Below, piece after piece: positions 18,283 to 25,888 of a stretch of 32,657 nt of DNA. The notes under the pieces are model-generated. The model was not told where the DNA came from. It saw only the letters and a program-made list of their open reading frames with translations, and searched no databases. Source of the DNA: Litorivivens sp. (lineage in GTDB: Bacteria; Pseudomonadota; Gammaproteobacteria; Pseudomonadales; Spongiibacteraceae); the NCBI GenBank assembly GCA_041585035.1, contig JBFHCW010000001.1, positions 1 to 32,657 of the forward strand. The letters run 5' to 3'. Position numbers and translations under genes: made by a program. Each line of letters opens with the position of its first letter. Positions within the stretch are counted from its first letter, which is position 1.

Positions 18283-19986
18283 CTACTGGCGGGTATACAC
18301 TGTCACGCCGCCGATCAGCGTTTGCTCAACCTTGATGTCACGCAAGGTCTTGCCATGGCTCAAGGGGTTTTTATCCAAAACTACCAAATCTGCCAGCTTG
18401 CCAGGCGTAATGGAGCCAATTTCATGGTCGCGAAAAATCTGCCAGGCCGCATCTATCGTTATCGCCCGCAGCGCCTGTTCGACGCCGACACGCTGGTGCG
18501 GCCCAACCACCTTACCGCCGCTGGTTTGGCGATTAACCACCGACCAAGCCGCCAGTAGCGGATCCATAGGGACGACCGGCGTATCGAGATGGGTACTAAA
18601 GCGCAATCCCTGTTTGACCGCAGACTTGGCTGGACTCATATTGGCCGCGCGCTCAGGCCCCATAAAAATATCCCGGTGCCGGTCGCCCCAATAATAGGTA
18701 TGAGCTGAAAAAAACGACGGCGTCATTCCCAGCGCTTTCATACGCGCCAACTGATCATCCCGCGCCATTTGAGCATGCACGACAATCAGCCGCGGGTCCT
18801 CACGGTAGTGCGCCTTCTGGGCTTCGGAAAAGGCGTGAATAATATCGTCAATCGAGGCATCCCCATTGCCGTGGATGGCCAGTTGGTAACCGGCTTTATG
18901 GAAGCGCTTTACAATACGTGTCAGCTCTTTTCGAGAAATCGTGGGATAGCCCCGATAATCGCTATCGCCGTGATAAGGCTTGTGATATGGCCTCGACAGG
19001 TAGCCGGTATAACCCTGGATACTGCCATCGGCGGTAATTTTTACGGCTCCCAATTGCAGCTTCGACGATTCGAATTTGGCCGCCTGTTTTTCACCTTTCA
19101 GAAGCTCCTCTCCCAGACTGTAATAGAAAGGCCACAACTCAAGCCGCAAGGGTGTCAGGTTCAGCGTCTGCGCCAGCCAAAGGCCTTGCAGCATCTGACT
19201 GTCCAGACCACCGGACTGGGCCAATGTCACGCCTTTTGCCACATAGTCTGCTGAGGCCTGTTTGATCATCTGCAAAAATTGCATTACCGACAGGTCCATC
19301 GACAATTCCATTACCGGAGTGCGCGCCTCTTCCTCCAGCAATCCTGTCAACTCGCCGGTTTCCGGGTCTTTAACGATGACTCCGCCTTCAGGATTCGGCG
19401 TGCTCTTATCGATGCCCGCCAACGCCAGGGCTTTACTGTTAGCTACAAGCATATGTCCCGAGGTATGCAAGATGGCGATGGGGTGAACACTGGAGACGTC
19501 GTCCAGCTCTGCTCGTGTCGGATGACGTTTTTCCACCAGGAGCGTGTCGTCATAGCCGTAACCGAAAACCCAATCGCCCTCGGATGTCGAATCCGCCCGC
19601 ACGCGAAGCATGTCGAGCAATTGTGCTATTGAGGTCACCTGCCCTATGGGCGGACTGTTAAGATCTAACCCGAAAACGGACAAACCAGAGGCGGGAAAAT
19701 GGCCGTGCGCATCGATAAAGCCTGGCATCAGGGTCTTGCCCTGCAGATCGTGCACCAGTGTGTCATCACCAATGTAAGCACTAATCTCGTCCCGGCTGCC
19801 GACGGCCGCAATGCGTTTTCCCCGCAGGGCCACAGCCTCTGCCCGCGGCTTTTTAGCATCCATCGTAATCACATGGGCATTCAGGAAGACCTGACTGACA
19901 GGCGCTTTTTCAGGTTGCAGCCAAAGGTAGGCGCCAAGCCCCATAGCCCCTGAGATTGCCACGACAACTATAAGTATTCTTTTCAT
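18283..19986 (-). CDS. Amidohydrolase (YtcJ-like, amidohydro_3) with N-terminal signal/anchor
   Basis: PGFIDAHGH, KITADGS, AIHGNGD, HAQ, GSITPGKLADLVVL. ATG 19986 follows a GGAG RBS; hydrophobic N-terminus MKRILIVVVAISGAMGLGAYLWL. Confidence 0.9.
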   Translation of the reverse strand: MKRILIVVVAISGAMGLGAYLWLQPEKAPVSQVFLNAHVITMDAKKPRAEAVALRGKRIAAVGSRDEISAYIGDDTLVHDLQGKTLMPGFIDAHGHFPASGLSVFGLDLNSPPIGQVTSIAQLLDMLRVRADSTSEGDWVFGYGYDDTLLVEKRHPTRAELDDVSSVHPIAILHTSGHMLVANSKALALAGIDKSTPNPEGGVIVKDPETGELTGLLEEEARTPVMELSMDLSVMQFLQMIKQASADYVAKGVTLAQSGGLDSQMLQGLWLAQTLNLTPLRLELWPFYYSLGEELLKGEKQAAKFESSKLQLGAVKITADGSIQGYTGYLSRPYHKPYHGDSDYRGYPTISRKELTRIVKRFHKAGYQLAIHGNGDASIDDIIHAFSEAQKAHYREDPRLIVVHAQMARDDQLARMKALGMTPSFFSAHTYYWGDRHRDIFMGPERAANMSPAKSAVKQGLRFSTHLDTPVVPMDPLLAAWSVVNRQTSGGKVVGPHQRVGVEQALRAITIDAAWQIFRDHEIGSITPGKLADLVVLDKNPLSHGKTLRDIKVEQTLIGGVTVYTRQ

Positions 19987-20389
19987 CAGACACTCCACAC
20001 GGCGTTTTCATGCGACCTTTGCCACTGCGGCTATCTACGCAAGAAAGCAACAACCTGCGCTCAAACAGCCAAAGGCCCAGTGTGCGGCAACACGGCCTCC
20101 CAGTTCCACCATCCAAACGGTGGATGAGACGGACGCGACTCAGTAGCCCCCCAATGGACCACTCCCCCCCCACCGCTGCGGAAAATGATTCTGTCATTTT
20201 TCACAGCTGTAAAACACATGGAAACAGACGCCCTGCCTAGAAAACACGCTTATCAGTGGCGCGATCAATCCCTAGCGTGCGCCCGGCGCCACCAGCTCTC
20301 TCCCGAAACGTACATATTTACTGTACGCAGCTAACACATGACTCTAAGGTTCGCTCTACATTTTTCGGAACGGGAAAAGGATGCTCGAT

Positions 20390-20587
20390 ATGACAATGAA
20401 ATTTGCCAAAGCGTTTTCACTGATTGCCATCATGCTGTTATCGCTCACCGCATGTGATCGCGACGAAGGCGGTATGGAAGAGATGGGTGAAACAATGGAT
20501 GAGGCAGCAACCGATTTCGGCAACGCCGTTGAAGATGGTTGTGAAAACATGAAAGAAGGTGCAAACGCAGACAATACTAACTGCTAA
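20390..20587 (+). CDS. Small acidic lipoprotein
   Basis: AAGGA RBS; signal peptide with LTAC lipobox; two further Cys; followed by a terminator. Confidence 0.8.
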   Translation: MTMKFAKAFSLIAIMLLSLTACDRDEGGMEEMGETMDEAATDFGNAVEDGCENMKEGANADNTNC

Positions 20588-20612
20588 CACCCGACCCATA
20601 AGGTTTTGATTC

Positions 20613-20649
20613 AGGGCACCTTGCCTCCCGGGTAAGGTGCCTTTCTTTT
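20613..20649 (+). terminator. Rho-independent terminator
   Basis: AGGGCACCTTGCC-tcccg-GGTAAGGTGCCTT followed by TCTTTT; lies between convergent genes. Confidence 0.75.
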
Positions 20650-20679
20650 GTCAGTCGGAAACGCTTCAACGCTGACACG

Positions 20680-22323
20680 CTAGAAGCTTTTAGACAGTTT
20701 CCAGTAAAAATCGACTTCCAGGTCTTCCAGTGCAGCCTCGTTAATATTTCGCTCGGATACCGGTGCCGCGGCAACAAACGCCATATTCAGGCCCCAGCCG
20801 AGATCACTGTCGAAGCTGACCCCGGCGTCCGTCAGGCTCCGCGTCTCACCGAAATCGCCATCGACATTTTCAAACTGCGCCTGACCATACTCGACGAAAA
20901 TCGCCGGTGTGAGATCCAATCCAAAAACGTCGACGCTATCTCGCTCGAACTTCACTCTCGCATAGGTTCCTGTATCGCCGATCAATGTGCCGGGCAAATA
21001 GGCGCTGAGCGTTGACATTCCGCCGAGCACAAACTGCTTCTGCTGCGGCAATTGCTTTCCGTCAGAAAGCTGCGAAAGAACATCGATATTCAATGACCAC
21101 TTGTCAAAGCCAATTTTGAAACCCAGCTTTGGCCGATACAGCAGGTACTCGGCAGTACGCTTGCCGGCTGAAACACTGTCTGCGGCGTCGTCGATAGAGA
21201 AGGTACCGCAATCACTGCTTAGACCCTTTTCAACAAAACCCTGCACACTCCAGCGTATCGGCTTGCCGAACCATTTTGAGTGGCGAAAATACTTCAATCC
21301 GAGCTCAACCCCGCCATGGGCCTCTTCCTGAAGCACTCTTCCATCGTCCAGCTCAATATCGGATTCAACGTAGTCGAGCCGCTGACTGACCGTAAATCGC
21401 TGACGGGGAGTGGCATGCAAAACCTGCTCGCCGGTCAGCGCAGCAGATTGTGTATCGCCTTCAACAACGACGGTTTCCGTCGACGGTGGCACATCGGCGC
21501 ACAGACCAAATACTGTGCACAGTATCGAATTGTCTTCTCCGGCACTAAAGACCAGACCTTCACGTTCGTACTGCGCATAACTCAATTCGACACCGTACAG
21601 ACCCAAGCGGGTTGGTTTGTCGAGGCTAAGCTTGAGGCCGTCGTAATTGCGCCCGCCGTTTGTCTCGCCCCACTCTGTAAGCGCCGACTCATAATTAATA
21701 TTCAGCTCGCTACCGTTCCAGAACTGGTGCTTTAGGCCTGCACCGGCAAAGTAACGCCCGACAAAGCGATTACCCTGATTGCCCAGCGACAGGTCCCACT
21801 CAGTTGGGTCGTAATCGTCCTGTTCCGACTGCTTGAACACCAGGGTCATCGCGTCAGGCTCACCGCCCGCTTTGTAACTAACCGTGTAGTCATAACCGCT
21901 GCGGCTCGCCTGAAGGTCAGCCAGTACACGCCGACGCTCAAATTCACTGACCGTAAGATTGTTATCGCCGACCAACGGCCGAAAGTGTGAGGTTAACGCC
22001 GAGTTACCTTCTACGCCCGCCAGCTTGCCATTCACGATATGTGCGTAAATTACGTCTTCACGCTGCGCGTAATAGACCGTCACCAGCAAATGGCCACTTT
22101 GGTAATAGGCCTGATTAATCGCCCGGATTGCCTGCGAGGGCGTTTTTGCCGCACCGACAAGCCGACGGATTTCCTCTTCTGTCAAATGACGATTGCCGGT
22201 GACTCGAAGGGTAACCTCACCTATTTTGGCATCGATCGTCTCAGCGCCACGGCTGGCGTAGGCTTCTATCTTGTCCGCGCTGGACAACTGTGGAGGAATG
22301 ATCGGCGGCAGGTCAATTGCCAT
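20680..22323 (-). CDS. Atypical ShlB/FhaC/HecB (TpsB-like, Omp85) outer-membrane transporter
   Basis: POTRA-like N-terminus (RVTGNRHL...INQAYYQSGHLLV), LGNQGNRFVGRY barrel start, amphipathic strands, QFVLGG...LIGDTG loop-6 region, C-terminal YWKLSKSF. Confidence 0.8.
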   Translation of the reverse strand: MAIDLPPIIPPQLSSADKIEAYASRGAETIDAKIGEVTLRVTGNRHLTEEEIRRLVGAAKTPSQAIRAINQAYYQSGHLLVTVYYAQREDVIYAHIVNGKLAGVEGNSALTSHFRPLVGDNNLTVSEFERRRVLADLQASRSGYDYTVSYKAGGEPDAMTLVFKQSEQDDYDPTEWDLSLGNQGNRFVGRYFAGAGLKHQFWNGSELNINYESALTEWGETNGGRNYDGLKLSLDKPTRLGLYGVELSYAQYEREGLVFSAGEDNSILCTVFGLCADVPPSTETVVVEGDTQSAALTGEQVLHATPRQRFTVSQRLDYVESDIELDDGRVLQEEAHGGVELGLKYFRHSKWFGKPIRWSVQGFVEKGLSSDCGTFSIDDAADSVSAGKRTAEYLLYRPKLGFKIGFDKWSLNIDVLSQLSDGKQLPQQKQFVLGGMSTLSAYLPGTLIGDTGTYARVKFERDSVDVFGLDLTPAIFVEYGQAQFENVDGDFGETRSLTDAGVSFDSDLGWGLNMAFVAAAPVSERNINEAALEDLEVDFYWKLSKSF

Positions 22324-22349
22324 AGAGAAATCCCTTATGCAGAAATGAA

Positions 22350-23150
22350 TTAATTGGTTTGCTCACTACCGAGCCGAGCCTCGGTAAGATCACTGACAAC
22401 GCGCAGATCCACTCGCCGGTTTCTAGCCCGGCCAGCGGGAAAGTCTTTACCATCGGCAAGGGCATTGGCGGCAACCGGCTGACTTTCGCCGTAACCTTTG
22501 AAATGCAGCCGGTACGCCGCAATGCCGCGACTCACGAGATAGTCGTAGACTGCTTTAGCGCGAGCTTCAGACACCTTGCGATTGGCCTCACTGTTACCCA
22601 AGGCATCCGAGTGACCTCCAATTTCCACGATAACGTTGAATTGTTGTCGCAAAACGGCAACCACCCTATCCAGAATCTCAAATGATTCGGGTCTAAGTGA
22701 AGCACCATTAAAGTCAAAAAATACCCCTACCAGCTCCAGAGGCGCGTCGCGACTAAGATGGCAACCACTGGGAAGCACGACCGCCTTGGCCGGTGTATTT
22801 TCACAATAATCCTGAGGGTTGCAGACACCGTCCCCGTCATCATCAGGACAGACCTCATAACTCAAATGCCTGCCTTTGTCGTAAGTGGCGAGTTTTTCCT
22901 CTGGCTCGGGCGCTGAGGATTCAAACCCCGGCGAAGCGTTGCCGTCGAGCCCAGCCAGATCGTCTGCCGGAATACTGGCCATATCAATGACGGAGCCCTC
23001 GCCAATGTTCACTGTGCGCCCCGCAGGCATCCCCATTCCGGTAAAAATTGGTGAGCCGTTGCTGTCGAGCACTACGGGCAAACTTTGCGCCTGAACCGCG
23101 GCAGCTAATAGCCCGCCCGCCAGAGAAAGTCCAAGCTGTATTCCCCTCAA
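22350..23150 (-). CDS. OmpA-family peptidoglycan-binding protein with a thrombospondin-3-like Ca-binding segment and no beta-barrel
   Basis: TTG start after AAGGA; signal peptide ending VQA; CPDDDGDGVCNPQDYCENTP...SGC; VFFDFNGASL, EIGGHSD, SEARAKAV, GYGESQP, RARNRRVD. Confidence 0.88.
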   Translation of the reverse strand: MRGIQLGLSLAGGLLAAAVQAQSLPVVLDSNGSPIFTGMGMPAGRTVNIGEGSVIDMASIPADDLAGLDGNASPGFESSAPEPEEKLATYDKGRHLSYEVCPDDDGDGVCNPQDYCENTPAKAVVLPSGCHLSRDAPLELVGVFFDFNGASLRPESFEILDRVVAVLRQQFNVIVEIGGHSDALGNSEANRKVSEARAKAVYDYLVSRGIAAYRLHFKGYGESQPVAANALADGKDFPAGRARNRRVDLRVVSDLTEARLGSEQTN

Positions 23151-23323
23151 GATCGATATCCTTGTTTGTCTACCATTAAGAAAATATTCCTAGAACAAAA
23201 TGTTAGCACTCACGGAAGCGTACAAGAACCAATGATCGCAAAAGCTTCCAGGTAATATTCAAAAATGCGACAGAATGCGCCGCTCCCCTATCATCCCGAC
23301 GACTCATTGCAGCAGAAGCACAC

Positions 23324-23350
23324 AAAAAAAAGCCCCCGCATAGCGAGGGC
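23324..23350 (-). terminator. Rho-independent terminator after the repeat-protein gene
   Basis: Minus strand GCCCTCGC-tat-GCGGGGGC-TTTTTTTT. Confidence 0.85.
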
Positions 23351-23381
23351 AGAACAAATACGGACAGACCGTGGAAGGGTG

Positions 23382-24386
23382 TTAGGGAAGCGGCAGGGCC
23401 GGGACAACTCCGCCCAGCGGAATCAAACCCGTCACAGTACTTACCGGATCAACCGGCAGTCCCGGCAGCGACGGCGCACCACCAGCCGAAATCAAACCAG
23501 TCACAGTGCCTACTGCCTCAACCGGCAGACCGGGCAGCGAAGGCGCACCACCTGATGGAATCAAGCCGGTCACCGTGCCGACTGGATCAACCGGCAAACC
23601 GGGCAGCGACGGCGCACCACCGGACGGAATCAAGCCAGTCACAGTGCCGACTAGATCAACCGGCAGACCGGGCAGCGACGGCGCACCACCAGAGGGAATC
23701 AAGCCAGTCACCGTGCTGACCGGATCAACCGGCAGACCGGGCAGCGACGGTGCACCACCAGAGGGAATCAAGCCGGTCACAGTGCCGACCGGATCAACCG
23801 GCAGACCGGGCAGCGACGGTGCACCACCAGAGGGAATCAAGGCGGTCACAGTGCCGACCGGATCAACCGGCAGACCGGGCAGCGACGGTGCCCCACCGGA
23901 CGGAATCAAACCGGTCACGGTACCCAGCGGGTCCGCCGGCAAAGGGGGAATAGTACCGGGAGGTAACTGACCTGCTACGATGGCAAGCGGATCAACGGGC
24001 AAGGTGGGAATCACATTGGCTCCCGTTGGCAGCAGATCATCCAGAATTTCTGCCGGATCGCCAGGCAAGCCGGGCAATGGACCGTCATCAAGGCTGGGTA
24101 CCAGATTGATCAGATCGGCGACAGGGATTCCCGTTCCCCGTTGAAAATCGCCTACCAGTCGCGGCAGACCTGTTAAGGGGTTGGAGTCGGGCGATACGGC
24201 AAAACGGCTTCCTGCAAGATTGATATCGACCAAGCCAGAATTTCCGCCAACCCCGACACCCAGCACATCGCCCACCCCGGGGACGCTTACGATAGCACCC
24301 ACCAAGGGCTGGGCACTTACCGACCCAGTAACGGCGAGGGATGCCGCAATCGCACCGTTAAGTAGTCGTTTCTTAAATTTTTTCAT
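23382..24386 (-). CDS. Secreted Pro/Gly-rich tandem-repeat protein (334 aa)
   Basis: AGGAGAGG RBS before ATG 24386; Sec signal MKKFKKRLLNGAIAASLAVTGSVSA; repeats of LPVDPVGTVTGLIPSGGAPSLPG. Confidence 0.85.
   Translation of the reverse strand: MKKFKKRLLNGAIAASLAVTGSVSAQPLVGAIVSVPGVGDVLGVGVGGNSGLVDINLAGSRFAVSPDSNPLTGLPRLVGDFQRGTGIPVADLINLVPSLDDGPLPGLPGDPAEILDDLLPTGANVIPTLPVDPLAIVAGQLPPGTIPPLPADPLGTVTGLIPSGGAPSLPGLPVDPVGTVTALIPSGGAPSLPGLPVDPVGTVTGLIPSGGAPSLPGLPVDPVSTVTGLIPSGGAPSLPGLPVDLVGTVTGLIPSGGAPSLPGLPVDPVGTVTGLIPSGGAPSLPGLPVEAVGTVTGLISAGGAPSLPGLPVDPVSTVTGLIPLGGVVPALPLP
23409..23942 (-). repeat. 69-bp (23-aa) coding tandem repeat, 7 full copies plus 1 partial
   Basis: GGCAGCGA recurs at 23464, 23533, 23602, 23671, 23740, 23809 and 23878, an exact 69-nt period. 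Confidence 0.95.
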
Positions 24387-24493
24387 CAGACCTCTCCTAA
24401 TTACGTGCCCTCGCCCAAAACCACTATTTGACACAGTGAACCCAATTGCATCAGCGAGGAGGTTTCATTAAAGACCTGTTTTCAAGTCGTTAA

Positions 24494-24509
24494 TGTGCGA
24501 TTAATCACA
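24494..24509. promoter_or_regulatory. CRP/Vfr-like binding site
   Basis: TGTGC-GATTAA-TCACA, a 9/10 match to TGTGA-N6-TCACA, with AT-rich flanks. Confidence 0.55.
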
Positions 24510-24668
24510 ATACGTATTTACCCCGATCGTCCTGTCAAATTCTGTGATCTAACGCAAGCAAATAACCCATCAAAACACCCTCAAAATGCACCTTTATTCT
24601 TTATTTTCATATACTTAAATAGTTATGTTTATCTATACAGATCGGGTTGAAGGTTAGTAACCCATTTC

Positions 24669-24684
24669 TGCGAACAGAGTCACG
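24669..24684. promoter_or_regulatory. Second CRP/Vfr-like site
   Basis: TGCGA-ACAGAG-TCACG, an 8/10 match; overlaps an AGTCAC-N8-GTGACT palindrome at 24678-24697. Confidence 0.4.
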
Positions 24685-24908
24685 AGAATCTGTGACTTAG
24701 TGGGGAAATTGGCCTGGCAGGACGAAGTTCAAATCACATCAAATGCTTCACCCATAAGCACTACGTTACACTACTGAATATCCGTAAACCGCTGCGACCG
24801 ATAGCCGACCTTGCGGCATGGCAAAGCCGTGGTAACGTAGCGCCAGTTTTCATTTACGTGGCTAGAAAAGCGGCGCGTGGGACTGACATGCGGATGAAGG
24901 AAGTTTGA

Positions 24909-25886
24909 ATGAAGGGTGTTTTGCTGGACGAGGGAAGCCTGCACTGCGAGGATCTGGCGCTGACGAGCCTGCGCGCCCAGTTTACCCATTTGGAAACCTA
25001 CGACCTGACTGCCCCCGAACACGTACTTGCCCGTTTGCAAGGCGCCGACATAGCGCTTACCAACAAGACACCCCTTAACCGGGAGACACTCGCGCAGCTG
25101 CTTCAACTTAAGCTTATTCTCGTGCTGGCGACCGGCACCAACAATATCGACCTCGATGCTGCTGCAGAACACGGCATTGCGGTTTGCAACAACGTTGGTT
25201 ACGCAACCCGGTCACTGGTGGAACACTCTCTGGCGCTGATGCTTGCCCTGGCGCGGCAACTGCCCGCTTATATGGCAAAAGTGAAACAGGGAGAATGGCA
25301 GCAAGCTGACCAGTTCTGCCTGCTCGATCCTCCCATTTCAAGCCTGCACGGAAAACAATTGGGTATTGTCGGCGCAGGGGCTTCCGGCTGCGGCTTCGCC
25401 ACGATGGCCCGCGCGCTGGGTATGCGGACAGTCGCCCTGGAATCACTCAGCGGAAACGTCTCTGCAAAAGACCCTGCCCTGCCCCGTTTACCACTGACGA
25501 CCCTGCTCTCTGAAAGCGATGTCGTTTCTGTCCATTGCCCCCTGACCGATCGCACACGCGACCTGCTGGATGCCTCCGCATTGGCGCATATGAAAACCAG
25601 CGCACTGCTGATCAACACGGCTCGCGGTGGCATTGTCAATGAAACAGCGCTGGCTGAAGCGCTGACTAGAGGAAGATTGGGCGGCGCTGCGGTAGATGTA
25701 CTGACGACGGAACCACCTAAGGCTGGCAACCCCCTGCTGGAAGTGACGCACCCCAATTTCATCATGACGCCCCACAATGCCTGGGGCAGTCGGGAGTCAC
25801 GTCAGGCTCTGATTGATCAGAGCACAGAAATTATTCGCCGCTTTCAACAGGGCGAACTGATGAACTGCGTCAATCATCCCCGCTAA
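24909..25886 (+). CDS. hprA: D-2-hydroxyacid dehydrogenase (glycerate dehydrogenase / hydroxypyruvate reductase type)
   Basis: LTNKT, ATGTNNID, QFCLLD, GIVGAG, SVHCPLT, INTARGG, DVLTTEPP, TPHNAW. Confidence 0.85.
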   Translation: MKGVLLDEGSLHCEDLALTSLRAQFTHLETYDLTAPEHVLARLQGADIALTNKTPLNRETLAQLLQLKLILVLATGTNNIDLDAAAEHGIAVCNNVGYATRSLVEHSLALMLALARQLPAYMAKVKQGEWQQADQFCLLDPPISSLHGKQLGIVGAGASGCGFATMARALGMRTVALESLSGNVSAKDPALPRLPLTTLLSESDVVSVHCPLTDRTRDLLDASALAHMKTSALLINTARGGIVNETALAEALTRGRLGGAAVDVLTTEPPKAGNPLLEVTHPNFIMTPHNAWGSRESRQALIDQSTEIIRRFQQGELMNCVNHPR

Positions 25887-25888
25887 GC

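Noticed and set aside
21510-21525. Perfect 16-bp palindrome ATACTGTGCACAGTAT resembling a LexA box
   Set aside because: CTGT and ACAG are 2 nt apart rather than 8, and it lies inside a CDS.
23409-23942. Tandem array considered as a CRISPR
   Set aside because: Contiguous in-frame 69-bp units without unique spacers; no cas genes.
23506-23970. 154-aa plus-strand repeat ORF (TGRPGSDGAPP...) that looks collagen-like
   Set aside because: Antisense shadow of the repeat gene; the minus-strand ORF has the RBS, signal peptide and terminator.
24534-24568. Possible FleQ box or sigma54 promoter for the export locus
   Set aside because: GTCA...TGAT spacing is off for FleQ, and the GG-N10-GC match lacks the TGGCAC context; too weak to call.
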